In this document: positions 54,339-64,000 of the stretch, piece after piece
Layout: each line of letters opens with the position of its first letter
How positions within the stretch are numbered: position 1 is the stretch's first letter
DNA from: a virus
IMG/VR virus record: IMGVR_UViG_3300027821_000007
Span: 1 to 64,000 of that record
Length of the DNA stretch: 64,000 nucleotides
Direction: 5' to 3' (one strand)
Notes under the pieces: model-generated
The model's database searches: none
Told to the model about the DNA's origin: nothing
Seen by the model: the letters and a program-made list of their open reading frames with translations, nothing else
Translations under genes and position numbers: made by a program

Positions 54339-54863
54339 ATGCCGACCGCCATGTTGATCGCGCCTTCCCCCGGATCGTCCTTCCTTTCCCGCAATGGCCA
54401 CACCTATACCGCCGACAATCGCGGGGTGATCCGCGACGTGCCGTTCGGCACCGAAGTGCAGGATCTGCAGTCCAGCGGCTGCAACCTGGTGCAGGCCGGC
54501 CGCTATCCGATGATGGCAATCAACGCTGACCTGAACACGCTCGAGGACCAGCGCTTCGACACCTCGCTGATCGGCAGCGGGTTGTTCCTCCCCGACAAGG
54601 TCGTGGCGTCGGGCGCCAGCATGCCGCTGACCGCCGCGGCCGGCAGCATCTACACTCGGAACAACAAGGAAGGCGACAAGATCGCCTCGCTGACGTTCTC
54701 GGCGCTGGACGGCACGACCGAACCGCAGGCGGTCGTGGTCCTCCTCGACCCGACGGTGGCCGGCAAGGTTCAGCACGGCGATCTGTGGTTCACGATGGAT
54801 ACGGTGCAGGGCGAGCCCGCCACCTGCACGATCTTCGTCTACGGGGATCTCGTCGCGGTCTGA
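54339..54863 (+). CDS. putative virion protein
   Basis: GGAGG RBS; C-terminal IFVYGD. Confidence 0.65.
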   Translation: MPTAMLIAPSPGSSFLSRNGHTYTADNRGVIRDVPFGTEVQDLQSSGCNLVQAGRYPMMAINADLNTLEDQRFDTSLIGSGLFLPDKVVASGASMPLTAAAGSIYTRNNKEGDKIASLTFSALDGTTEPQAVVVLLDPTVAGKVQHGDLWFTMDTVQGEPATCTIFVYGDLVAV

Positions 54864-54886
54864 CCTAACCCAAAGGAGCCCATGCC

Positions 54887-55681
54887 ATGAGCGGCGTCCT
54901 ACCTCCAGTCAATGTCGACGTCCCCTACGCGTCCCAGAATGGCAATGTGTTGAATTGCACAATGGGCAACTGGCAAAACGAACCGACCGCATACTCTTAT
55001 CAATGGAATGACGGGACAGCGGATGTCGGCACTGACACTGCCGACTTCCCCATCTATCCGGCATACGTGGGCAGGACCTTCACCTGCGTCGTGACCGCGA
55101 CGAATGCCGGCGGCTCGACAGTGGCGCCGCCGTCCAACGGCGTTGAAGTCGTCGGTTCGGAGCCTCCCACCCAGGAGGATATCGATCGCGTGTTCAGGGC
55201 GGTGCGAGCGCAAAGCACGTTCCTGGAAACCCGCGAAAACTGGATCGAGCAATGCGAGCACTACAGCGTCTCGCTCAATGAAGCTTTGATCTTCTGCACC
55301 GGACCGGAACCCGAGACGCATCTTGCCGAGATCGGCGAACGGCTCGACTGGGCGATCGACCACGTCGGCGAACTGCGCGCCGAAGTGGCGGCGGTAGAAC
55401 CGCCGGCGCCGGCGGAACCATCGGGAACGCCGCCCGCGTCGTTGACCCAGCAGGAGGTCGATGCCGCGGAACGGATCGCCAACGCACTGCGCATGCTGGC
55501 CGAGTTGCAGGGCAACGTGCTCCGGCAATGCGACCAGATTACCGTGACACTGCAGGTCGCCAAGCAGTGGAGTATCGAAGAGGACGCCGCCGAGCATGTA
55601 CCCGCGATAACCAACGGGGTGCATGGCAGCATCGAGCAAACCGCCCGGCTACGCAGCATGCTGGGATCAACCCAAACCTGA
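54887..55681 (+). CDS. Ig-like domain protein
   Basis: CTMGNW...YSYQW...TFTCVVTATNAGGS. Confidence 0.7.
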   Translation: MSGVLPPVNVDVPYASQNGNVLNCTMGNWQNEPTAYSYQWNDGTADVGTDTADFPIYPAYVGRTFTCVVTATNAGGSTVAPPSNGVEVVGSEPPTQEDIDRVFRAVRAQSTFLETRENWIEQCEHYSVSLNEALIFCTGPEPETHLAEIGERLDWAIDHVGELRAEVAAVEPPAPAEPSGTPPASLTQQEVDAAERIANALRMLAELQGNVLRQCDQITVTLQVAKQWSIEEDAAEHVPAITNGVHGSIEQTARLRSMLGSTQT

Positions 55682-55743
55682 TGTCTGACAGGCGACGGAC
55701 AGGCGGCAGCCGCCGCCGGTTCGGCCCTTGGAGAGAGAATTCT

Positions 55744-56160
55744 ATGAGTGACGCGAAACCCATTCCGCCCGCCCGCGTGGCCGCGCAGGCCGGCGACAAG
55801 AGCTACGTGCCGGACTGGGATCCGGGGCAGAACGCGCTAACGGGCCAGCCGCCCCAGGTGGTGCCGGTGATGAACCGTCCGCTTGATGTCGGCGCGCCAG
55901 TGATGGTCGAGGGACTGACCATCCGGCCAGCCAAGCTGATGGACGCGCCCGAAGCGCGCAACACCATGTCGCGGATAATCAACGACATGCTGGTGTGGAT
56001 CGAGGATTTCCCGCACGACCTGGTGGGCGAGGGCGCGCATGTGCTGAAGGTGTTTCAGGACCTCAAGGCGCGCCGCTTTGCTCGCGTGATGGCGGCGCAG
56101 CACGACCAGGACATTGAGCCGGACGCGATCGACAAGGCGCGGTTCAAGCCCGGTCCATGA
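55744..56160 (+). CDS. hypothetical protein
   Basis: GGAG RBS before MSDAK. Confidence 0.65.
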   Translation: MSDAKPIPPARVAAQAGDKSYVPDWDPGQNALTGQPPQVVPVMNRPLDVGAPVMVEGLTIRPAKLMDAPEARNTMSRIINDMLVWIEDFPHDLVGEGAHVLKVFQDLKARRFARVMAAQHDQDIEPDAIDKARFKPGP

Positions 56161-56675
56161 TCCTTCCCACGCCGTTTCCGAAGCCGCCGGACCCTCCCGA
56201 CCCGCCGGTGCCGCCGGCGCCGCCCGAGATCCCGCAAATTCCCGGCGGCTTGCCGTCGCTGCTCTACTATCCGCCACCGATCAGCCCGAAGCCCGACGCG
56301 GTGCGCGGCCATCTGTTCGAGAAGCCGCGCTGGACTATCGCGGAGATCGGCCGGCCGGAGCGGCGGGCGCCCGATCAACGCGTTGGCGACGAACCGGTGC
56401 AATGGGGTGCCGTTCCCCAGGCGAAACCGCCGCCGACATTTTCCTGGCAGTGTCCCGAATGCCTGATCGGGCACTGGGAAAGCGCGGTGATCAAGCGCAG
56501 CACGTACAAGAGCACGATGCCGGTGGCGACGTTCTACGACAAGGCGAACACCCTGCATGTCCACGACCCCAACCTGCTGACCACGTGGTTCACCTGCACC
56601 CGCGCGCACATCTGGTCCATTCAGGAAACCCTTACCTGCCCGAACCTGAGCTGCATCTGGCCGACCGTTGTATAG
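56157..56675 (+). CDS. Pro-rich Zn-ribbon protein
   Basis: CPEC...HVHDPN...CTRAH...CPNLSC; ATGA coupling. Confidence 0.6.
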   Translation: MILPTPFPKPPDPPDPPVPPAPPEIPQIPGGLPSLLYYPPPISPKPDAVRGHLFEKPRWTIAEIGRPERRAPDQRVGDEPVQWGAVPQAKPPPTFSWQCPECLIGHWESAVIKRSTYKSTMPVATFYDKANTLHVHDPNLLTTWFTCTRAHIWSIQETLTCPNLSCIWPTVV

Positions 56676-56687
56676 GAGGCCTTCACC

Positions 56688-56855
56688 ATGCTGATCTTGC
56701 TGATCGTGCTGCTCGTGCTGCTGCTCGCCGGAGGCGGATGGGGCTACAATGCCGGGCATGTCGCCTGGGGCAACCCTCTGGGCATCATCCTCTTCATCCT
56801 GCTGATCATGGTCATCTTCGGCCTGGTCGGCGGCCCGCGCTTTGGCTGGTACTAG
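56688..56855 (+). CDS. two-TM small membrane protein (DUF3309-like)
   Basis: Manual translation MLILLIVLLVLLLAGGGWGY...PLGIILFILLIMVIFG...; AGGAGG RBS. Confidence 0.65.
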   Translation: MLILLIVLLVLLLAGGGWGYNAGHVAWGNPLGIILFILLIMVIFGLVGGPRFGWY

Positions 56856-56904
56856 TAAATAAACCCTTGCCGGTGTGCTGAATTCATGCGGGCATGGGCC
56901 CGTC

Positions 56905-57288
56905 ATGGCCATTCTTCCCGCTGACAAGCTGAAGCGCCTGATCCAGTTCTGCGGCATGCTCGGCAGCGATTTCCCCGGCGAACGGGCGAACGCGGCCAAG
57001 ATGGCCAACGACCTGTTGCGCGAGCACAAGCTGACCTGGGAAGAAGCGCTGGGCGGCGCCAAGCCGAACGGAGCGAACCCGTTCACGCCGCCGCCCCCGG
57101 GTTGGAAATCGTCGAAGCCGGTGGCCTGGCGCGAGCAGGCACGCGAGTGCCTCGAATATCCCAGCGAAATGAGCTCGTGGGAGGCCGAGTTCCTCGCCTC
57201 GATCCTGAAGCAACCCCGGGCCACGTTGTCACCCAAGCAGGCAGCGGTCCTCGACAAGATCTACGGGCGGCTTTTCGACGCCGATTGA
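56905..57288 (+). CDS. conserved phage hypothetical protein
   Basis: GMLGSDFPGERANAA...SSWEAEFL...LSPKQAAVL. Confidence 0.75.
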   Translation: MAILPADKLKRLIQFCGMLGSDFPGERANAAKMANDLLREHKLTWEEALGGAKPNGANPFTPPPPGWKSSKPVAWREQARECLEYPSEMSSWEAEFLASILKQPRATLSPKQAAVLDKIYGRLFDAD

Positions 57289-57355
57289 GGAAAAGTTGCT
57301 TTTGTTTCAGTCATCGGGCAAAACTTGACTTCAAGCGGCCAGAGGGCCGCTTTTT

Positions 57356-59596
57356 TTGTGGGTTCAGTGCCGATTGTCCCTGCTCAAACATAGTCCGGGC
57401 GCGCCCCTGACGCCGGCGGAATTGATCCAGCGGCGCAATGCCGCGCGTTCGCGCTGGAAGGCCGGCGGGGTGCAGGCTGGCGTTCTCGCGGCAGGCGGCG
57501 GCGTCGGCGGGGGTATCGGTGCGGGCGTCGGCGCCTACCACGGACTCAAGGAAGCTGGCGCGCGCGAATTCAAGCGCCGGTCGCAGGCTTCGGCCGAGGC
57601 CGAGGCGGCGTTCCGCACCAAGGCGGTCGAGGCGCAGCACGAGATCAACGCCGCCAGGCGCGCGTTGCGGGAGGCGCGAACCCGCGATTGGATGAAGCAG
57701 TACAATCGCTGGGCCGAGCAGCTCCGCGAGACGGTGCCGAAGCAACGGGGCAAGAAGCAGCCGAAGAAGACCCTGATCGAGGCGATGTACGGTTCGGAAA
57801 CCGTGCTCGAGATGAAGGCGCGCAAACTCGTCAACGAACGCAACGAAATGGGCATGGCGGGCGGCGCGCCGCGGATGACCAACGAAGAGGTCCACGAGAC
57901 CTACAACGAGATCCTGAACGATCTGAAGCGGCAGGCGCGTCCGGCGCCCGCGGTCGAGTTCAAGCCGTTCCGGCCGATTATCGGCAACAAGCAGAACAAG
58001 CTCATCTACGACCGCGAGATCTGGGACCTGAAGGAGAAGAAGCTCAAGCCGGCGATAGCGTGGCGGGAGCGGTTGATCACCAAGGAGGTCCTGGCCGTTG
58101 GCGGCGATCCGACCAATGCGGCCGAACGCGCCGAAGCCGCCGCGACAAACGCGGTAAGGCCGGCACATCTCGAGATTTCCGACATCAACCGGCAGATCAA
58201 GGATTTCGAGGACCTGAAAACCCGCGGCTTCCGGCGTCAGGCGCGCTCGGGCCATGTCCAGCAACGCAAGACCGGCAAGGTCAACATCGCCCCGCAGATC
58301 GTCGAGCAGCATCGCGGCGGCGACACTGTGGCCGGGATGATGGGTCGGCGCAGTAAGAAGAAGGCCAAGATCGAAGCGGACATGAAGCGGTTCCTGGGGC
58401 GGCATGACCTCCAGACCGCGCGCCGGGTCAAGGAACTCGAGCGCCACATCGCCGACCGACTGGTGAACGAGGCGAAGATCGAGGCCGGGTTTCGCCAGTT
58501 CAAGCAGCCGATCTGGGAAGCTGGCCCGGCCGCCGCCAAGGCCGGCGCGATCCATGGCGGCAAACTCGGCGCCGCGATCGGCCTGACCGCCGCCGGGGTT
58601 TCGCTGCTGGCCTACCACGCCGTCAAGGCGGTGCATCGCCGGCTCAAGAAGTCCGCCGACGGCCTGCCGCTACTGGCCAAGGCGGCCACGCCCGAGGACG
58701 AGGCGTCGATCAGCCTGGCGCGGGCCTATCGTCGCTGGATCGATCGCCTGCTGGGCCTCGACGAACGGCCGATCAATTTCGGCGACGGCTTCGCCGAGGC
58801 GCTGGCCCCGTTGATCTCCGACTCTTTCGCCAAGGGATTGACGACGGCGCCGGTCGTCCAGCCGGACGATCCGCGCTACCGCATCGACGTCGATTTCGAC
58901 CTCTTCGATCCGGCGCAGGAGCGCCACATCGCCGAATACGCGCTGCGCCAGATCGTCGAGATGAGCAACGCTCAACGCGAGGCGATCCGCGCCGCGGTGC
59001 GCGATCAGTCGGTGCTGGAAGGAATTGGTCCGATCGAGGTCGCGCGCACCATCCGCCAGGCGATCGGCCTGACCACCTACCAGCAAAGCGTCGTGGCCTC
59101 TTTCCGTACCCAACTCGACCAGCTCGACCCGCGCGCGCTCGAGCGCGAACTGCGCGACAAGCGCTACGACCGCACGCTGCGCGCCGCGATCGCGAGCAAC
59201 ACGCCGCTCGATGCCGACAAGATCAATGCCATGGTCGACGCTTATCACCGCCGGATGCTGGCGTTGCGGGCGCAGACCATCGCGCGCACCGAATCGATCC
59301 GGGCCGAAAGCTATGGCGGCCTGTCGCGGGCGCAACAGATCCTCGACCAGAACCCGGAGCTCGAGGTTACCAAGCGCTGGCTGGCGACGGCTGACAACCG
59401 TACCCGCGACACCCACCGCGACCTCAACGGCAAGGAGGTCGACGGCATGACCACGCATTTCATCACCTCGGCCGGCAATCAGATCCGCTGGCCGCTGGAT
59501 GACACGGCGGCGGCCGACGAGGTCATCAACTGCCGCTGCACGCTGCAATACATCTTCAAACCGAGACGGGGGCATCTCATGGCGGTCGCGGCATGA
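57356..59596 (+). CDS. head morphogenesis protein (SPP1 gp7/MuF-like) with long N-terminal extension
   Basis: RAQTIARTES, KRWLATADNRTRDTH, INCRC; start uncertain. Confidence 0.85.
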   Translation: MWVQCRLSLLKHSPGAPLTPAELIQRRNAARSRWKAGGVQAGVLAAGGGVGGGIGAGVGAYHGLKEAGAREFKRRSQASAEAEAAFRTKAVEAQHEINAARRALREARTRDWMKQYNRWAEQLRETVPKQRGKKQPKKTLIEAMYGSETVLEMKARKLVNERNEMGMAGGAPRMTNEEVHETYNEILNDLKRQARPAPAVEFKPFRPIIGNKQNKLIYDREIWDLKEKKLKPAIAWRERLITKEVLAVGGDPTNAAERAEAAATNAVRPAHLEISDINRQIKDFEDLKTRGFRRQARSGHVQQRKTGKVNIAPQIVEQHRGGDTVAGMMGRRSKKKAKIEADMKRFLGRHDLQTARRVKELERHIADRLVNEAKIEAGFRQFKQPIWEAGPAAAKAGAIHGGKLGAAIGLTAAGVSLLAYHAVKAVHRRLKKSADGLPLLAKAATPEDEASISLARAYRRWIDRLLGLDERPINFGDGFAEALAPLISDSFAKGLTTAPVVQPDDPRYRIDVDFDLFDPAQERHIAEYALRQIVEMSNAQREAIRAAVRDQSVLEGIGPIEVARTIRQAIGLTTYQQSVVASFRTQLDQLDPRALERELRDKRYDRTLRAAIASNTPLDADKINAMVDAYHRRMLALRAQTIARTESIRAESYGGLSRAQQILDQNPELEVTKRWLATADNRTRDTHRDLNGKEVDGMTTHFITSAGNQIRWPLDDTAAADEVINCRCTLQYIFKPRRGHLMAVAA

Positions 59597-61098
59597 ACCC
59601 GAACAACCTTGGCCTGCTGGTGCCGGATCTCTTCGAGATCGGTGGGCGCATCTACGCCGGGCGGCAGAACCAGGACCAGCGTCCCCACAACGTCACCACC
59701 GCCATTCCGAAACCTCCCAGGCGCAGGAAGCCTGGTTTCATCAGCAAGCAGGAGGGTCCCGTGACCACAGAAACCACTGATCAGGCCGAGACCCAGCAAC
59801 TGCTGGATGACGAACTCGCCGCCTTCGTTGATGCCTGTCCCACCCCGGAGCGCAAGGCCGAGCTTCTGGTGAAGATCGGGTTCTATCGAACCGAACTCGC
59901 CAAGCAGGCCAACATGCTGGCCGACGTCGATGAGAACCTTGCCACCGAGGTGGCCGAGGAATGGTTCGCCGCCGGCGACGAACCGCTCAAGCGGGCGATC
60001 TGGAATTCGGCCGCCGGGTCGGAAGAGATCCCACTGCGCAAGCAGGCCCCGATCCCGGCGCCCGAGCAGGCGCTGGCGAAGATGGTCGAGGAGGCGCTGA
60101 ACGACAACGTCCGCGCCCACCTGCTGCACAAGATCGGCAGCTACACCAGCGAGTACCACAACATGATCCACGGCTTGTATGGCCAGCCCGACGACCGCGT
60201 CGAGGCAGTGGTGGAGGCGTGGCTGACCGCTGATCCGGCCGAGACCCAACTGAAGAAGAACATCCTCGACGCCGAGATGCCCTCATCCGGCAAGCGGATC
60301 TACGCCCAGGGCGTGCAAGCCGGCGACGTGGTGGATTCGCTGGCCGGCAACGCCTCGACCTACGCTGGCTCGAAGCTGCACGGCAGCGAGACCAATTCGG
60401 ACGGTGCGATCAAGCGCACCATTCCGCACCGTGGCAGCGGCCCCGGCGGCGGCAGCCGGGTCGGCAACAGCAAGGCGATGCCGGGGCAGACCGGTGGCGA
60501 AAGCCCGAGTCCGGGGTCGGGCACAGCCGGGCCAGAGGGTGGCGCACCCAACCTGCAGCCCACTACGGTGCTCCGTCGCAGCGGCACAACTGGCGGCCTG
60601 GGCAGCGTGGCCGGGGCCGATGGCGGCAGTGGCGCCGCGACAGTGCAGAACGACGAGACCCGCGGCGCGAGCCAGTGGAACGGCAAGAAGGGCAAGAAGA
60701 AGGTCAGCAAGTCCGACGACGACGTCGAGTACGACGAGATCGAGAAGGCCGATTTCATCGCTGACCTGATGAAGATCGCGCCGGACGAGATGGTCGAGGC
60801 GATTCTCGAACTGGACGAGGACGACCAGGGCGCCGCGGCCGAAATCGCCGCCGACCACGCCGCCGACCTGCTGGCCTGGACCGCGATGGAAGTGCCCGAG
60901 GAGGGCCTCGCCAAGCGCGATGTCGACGCCTCGGTCACCGAATGGCTGATGGAGAACCCTGACCAGATCCAGTTGAAGAAATGGGTCACCGAGGCGCTGG
61001 CCTCGGCGGAGGAGATCCCGCTCGACCTCGCTCAGGCGATCATCGACTGGGAACCGGAGGTGACCTCGCGCGTATCGGTTCGCCGCGACGCGGCCTGA
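59593..61098 (+). CDS. acidic head-region protein with internal repeats
   Basis: Coupled to the MuF-like gene; repeated ELLVKIG/HLLHKIG helices. Confidence 0.65.
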   Translation: MNPNNLGLLVPDLFEIGGRIYAGRQNQDQRPHNVTTAIPKPPRRRKPGFISKQEGPVTTETTDQAETQQLLDDELAAFVDACPTPERKAELLVKIGFYRTELAKQANMLADVDENLATEVAEEWFAAGDEPLKRAIWNSAAGSEEIPLRKQAPIPAPEQALAKMVEEALNDNVRAHLLHKIGSYTSEYHNMIHGLYGQPDDRVEAVVEAWLTADPAETQLKKNILDAEMPSSGKRIYAQGVQAGDVVDSLAGNASTYAGSKLHGSETNSDGAIKRTIPHRGSGPGGGSRVGNSKAMPGQTGGESPSPGSGTAGPEGGAPNLQPTTVLRRSGTTGGLGSVAGADGGSGAATVQNDETRGASQWNGKKGKKKVSKSDDDVEYDEIEKADFIADLMKIAPDEMVEAILELDEDDQGAAAEIAADHAADLLAWTAMEVPEEGLAKRDVDASVTEWLMENPDQIQLKKWVTEALASAEEIPLDLAQAIIDWEPEVTSRVSVRRDAA

Positions 61099-61122
61099 TC
61101 CGTCAGTGATGGAGGTCCATCG

Positions 61123-64000
61123 ATGACGGAGTTCACCTTCTTCCTGCCGCTGACCAAGGCGGACGAGGAAAAGCGTCTGGTGTGGGGACGGGCGGCGGTC
61201 GAGGAGCCGGATAAGTCCAAGGAGATAATGGATTATCTCTCGGCCAAGCCCGAGTTCCAGAAATGGAGCGACGGCTACTCCAAGGCCACAATGGGCAAGA
61301 GCTTCGGGAACATCCGCGCGATGCACAACCCGAAGCACCTCGCCGGCAAGGTGGCCGAGATCGTCTACAACGACGACGCCAAGGCGGTGGATATCTGCGT
61401 CAAAGTGTTGGATCCGGTCGACTGGGCGAAGGTCGAGGAGGGCGGCTACACCGGCTTCTCGATCGGCGGCGGCTACGTCAAGAAATGGGCGGACCAGGCC
61501 TCGGGGTGCACACGCTACACCCCGCGCATCCAGGAGATTTCGTTCGTCGACAGTCCGTGCATCCCCGGCGCGCGAATCATGGAGATGCAGAAGCAGGACG
61601 GCAGCCTCGAGGAGGTCCTGCTGAAAGGTGTCCCGCGCAGTTTCGCCGAACTGCTGCCGCCGCCAAGCTTCGCGCAGTTGCGCAAGGGCATCGCCGGGGA
61701 ACTGGCCGGCAGCGTTGCCGGCAACTTTATCGGCAGCAAGATCGGCGCGGTGGCGGGATCGGCGCTGGGCCCGGCCGGAACGGCGGTCGGCCATGTCGTT
61801 GGTGGTGAAATCGGCAGCATGGCGGGCAGCGCGCTCGCCGGCGCTAAGGCGCCATCGATGGCGGAGGCGGCGCAGGTGGCGGGAGGAAAGGCCCCCTCCA
61901 GCAACCTGAGGATCCCCAAGGCGCCGAAACCCAAGCAGGGGTTTCGCATGTCGAGCACCTTCAAGGGTGCGCCGGATGGCGGCATGGTCAAGCGTTGGGA
62001 TGTCTCCAAGCATCCGCGCGAGCATACCGGCGCGTTCGCCAGCAAGACCGGCGAGAAGGTCGGACGGTTCACGCTCGGTGGCGCCGGCGCGGTCGGCGGC
62101 ACGCTGCTTGGGCTGAAGCACGGCGAGAAGTTGGGCACGCAAGCTGGCCTCCATGCGTCATCGCTCTACCACCGCATGAAGGGCAGTCCCGGGTTCGCCG
62201 CCGGCGTGAAGGCCGGGGATATCGGCGGCTGGGCGGGCCGTCGCTATGGGGGGTTGATCGGCGCCGGCGCCCTCGGCCTCGGCGGCGCCCTGGTGGGCGG
62301 TGCAGGCGGAGCGCTGCTCGATACCGCCATGCGGCGGCGGCGGGCGAAGAAGGCAGGGCGGCTCGAAATCTACCACCGGTTGAACGCCAAGACGTCGGCG
62401 CGGCCGAACAGCTTCAAGCAGGTGAAGGCGTCCACGATGCGCGCGGTGAGCGCGGGCAAACGCGTGCGCGGCATTGCCGACGCGGTCATGGGAAAGGGCC
62501 ACGCCATGGATAAGCCGGTCGAGAAAGGCCTTGGCGGTGCGGCGCTCGGCGCCGGGCGGGCGTTGGGCGCGGCCGGGTTGGCGATGGGACGCCATGCCGG
62601 GATCAAGGTTCTTCCGCACTATATCGGCATGGCCGGCGCCGCGGCCGGCGTGAAGGCGGGTTTCCAGGGCGGTCGCCGGCTCGGGGCGAAGATCGCGGAC
62701 AAGATGATCGCGCGCAACCAGGCCAAGGGGATCGGGCCGATCACGGCGACGGCCGGCGCCGGCAAGCCCGGCCTGATCCGGCACGGCGAGAAGATCGTGC
62801 GCGGGGTTGGCGAGCAACTGACATCGCGGCAGAAGAAGATCCTGCTGGGCACGGTGGCGGGCACCGCAGTTGCCGGCGGCCTTGCCGGCGGGGTTGCCGC
62901 CCATCAGGCGTCCCACCACACCGTCAAGCATATCGACAAGAAGCTGACCCAGCGTTTCGGCCGGCCACGCGCGCCGGGCGAGCGGATGCAGTTCGACGCC
63001 AAGAAGTCGGCCCCGACCGGCAAGATGAACAAGTTCATCGTGCCGCTTGCGTTGGGCGTCGGCGGCGCAATGCTGGGAGGCCACCTCGGCGCAAAGGGCG
63101 GAGCGCGGTTGGCGGCTCACGGCCTCCATCGGCGCATGCTTAGCGGTACTGCCAGTCATTATGACCTTACCGGCGCGCCGATCTTTACCGGCGCGGGGAC
63201 TGGCGGCGTTGGCGGCATGATCAGTGGCGGCGGACTTGGCATCCATATCGGCCGCAAGATCGAAAACCGCGACGGCAAGGCCAAAAAGCAGGAACGGCGC
63301 GGCGATCTCGACAAGGCGTTCGGAGCGAAGCTTGCGCAGGGCGCGATGGCGGCGTTGCGCAAGCCAGGACGCGTGGGCGAAAGCATTGGCGCGAAAGTAG
63401 GACAGCGTGTTGGCAGCAGAATGTTCACTGCCGCCAAGGCCCGCGGAGCAAGCGACCACGAAGCAGCCCAACGCATGTGGCGCGCGATGGGCACCGGACG
63501 AACCGTTGGTCGTAACGTCGGCCATGGTCTCGCAGCCGGCGGCGCGGCCGCGACCGGCCTGGGCATCGCCGCCATGTCGCGGCGCCGCAATGCCGAGAAG
63601 CAGGAGCGTCGCGGTGATCTCGACAAGGGGATCGGCGGGTCGATCATGCGCGGCGCGCTCAACGCCATCGAAAGCCCGACCGGGCGCAAAGTCATCGGTA
63701 GCCTGGGCCAGGCCGGACGTTCGGTTAAAGGAGCCGCGACGTCGTTGGGGCAGAAAGCCAGCGGGGCCGCGACGTCGTTCAGGCAGAAGGCCACCGGCAT
63801 GGCCAGTTCCGCCATGGCGAGCCCGGCCGGACAGTCGGTCGCGGCGGCCGGCAACAAGGCGAGCGGCATGGCGCGGCGCGGGGCGATGAAAGCGATCAAC
63901 AGCCCGATAGGCGCGCAGACCATTAAAACCGCAGGCAAATTTGGGCAAACGATTGCCGCGCATCCTCGCGCCGCCACGGCTGTCCTGGCGACCGGGGCGG
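61123..64000 (+). CDS. prohead protease (XkdF/HK97-like) fused to a long Gly/Ala/Arg-rich modular tail; runs off the window
   Basis: Manual translation MTEFTFFLPLTKADEEKRLVWG...NIRAMH...YTGFSIGG...EISFVDSPC; GGAGG RBS; no stop seen in the sampled downstream frame. Confidence 0.8.
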   Translation, partial: MTEFTFFLPLTKADEEKRLVWGRAAVEEPDKSKEIMDYLSAKPEFQKWSDGYSKATMGKSFGNIRAMHNPKHLAGKVAEIVYNDDAKAVDICVKVLDPVDWAKVEEGGYTGFSIGGGYVKKWADQASGCTRYTPRIQEISFVDSPCIPGARIMEMQKQDGSLEEVLLKGVPRSFAELLPPPSFAQLRKGIAGELAGSVAGNFIGSKIGAVAGSALGPAGTAVGHVVGGEIGSMAGSALAGAKAPSMAEAAQVAGGKAPSSNLRIPKAPKPKQGFRMSSTFKGAPDGGMVKRWDVSKHPREHTGAFASKTGEKVGRFTLGGAGAVGGTLLGLKHGEKLGTQAGLHASSLYHRMKGSPGFAAGVKAGDIGGWAGRRYGGLIGAGALGLGGALVGGAGGALLDTAMRRRRAKKAGRLEIYHRLNAKTSARPNSFKQVKASTMRAVSAGKRVRGIADAVMGKGHAMDKPVEKGLGGAALGAGRALGAAGLAMGRHAGIKVLPHYIGMAGAAAGVKAGFQGGRRLGAKIADKMIARNQAKGIGPITATAGAGKPGLIRHGEKIVRGVGEQLTSRQKKILLGTVAGTAVAGGLAGGVAAHQASHHTVKHIDKKLTQRFGRPRAPGERMQFDAKKSAPTGKMNKFIVPLALGVGGAMLGGHLGAKGGARLAAHGLHRRMLSGTASHYDLTGAPIFTGAGTGGVGGMISGGGLGIHIGRKIENRDGKAKKQERRGDLDKAFGAKLAQGAMAALRKPGRVGESIGAKVGQRVGSRMFTAAKARGASDHEAAQRMWRAMGTGRTVGRNVGHGLAAGGAAATGLGIAAMSRRRNAEKQERRGDLDKGIGGSIMRGALNAIESPTGRKVIGSLGQAGRSVKGAATSLGQKASGAATSFRQKATGMASSAMASPAGQSVAAAGNKASGMARRGAMKAINSPIGAQTIKTAGKFGQTIAAHPRAATAVLATGA

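Overview
This window is part of a GC-rich tailed-phage (Caudoviricetes) genome, most likely infecting an alphaproteobacterium (alphaproteobacterial-type SSB, GcrA-like domains, PEP-CTERM proteins). Layout: a leftward early/recombination region (1-7.9 kb: SSB, ERF annealase, methyltransferase-like protein, many small ORFs); a primase-helicase with an iteron-like origin (8.4-10.9 kb); a second accessory region (16-30 kb); and a rightward morphogenesis region (terminase, a 3127-aa tail fibre/adhesin, portal, MuF-like head protein, prohead protease). Three RNA-based systems stand out. (1) A ~3.8 kb array of ~100 37-nt dual-repeat units (GAGCGYAGCC-N9-GANNGAACC-N9 on the - strand) begins at the stop codon of a nuclease-less Nop/IS110-like RNA-binding protein. 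This is a TIGR-Tas-type (TasA-like) RNA-guided system, and a 28-aa membrane-peptide gene is inserted inside the array. (2) There are 18 copies of a non-canonical hammerhead-ribozyme-like RNA (core NAGA(N)NA instead of CUGANGA, with 3-8 covariation and circular permutation). Seventeen of them sit on the ribosome-binding site of an early gene, which suggests mRNA processing and translation activation by self-cleavage. I do not recognise this as a described system. (3) A ~590-nt, highly structured non-coding RNA candidate is flanked by its own promoter and terminator and contains the 18th copy. All calls come from reading the sequence by eye; no searches or folding programs were run, and unit counts are length-based estimates.
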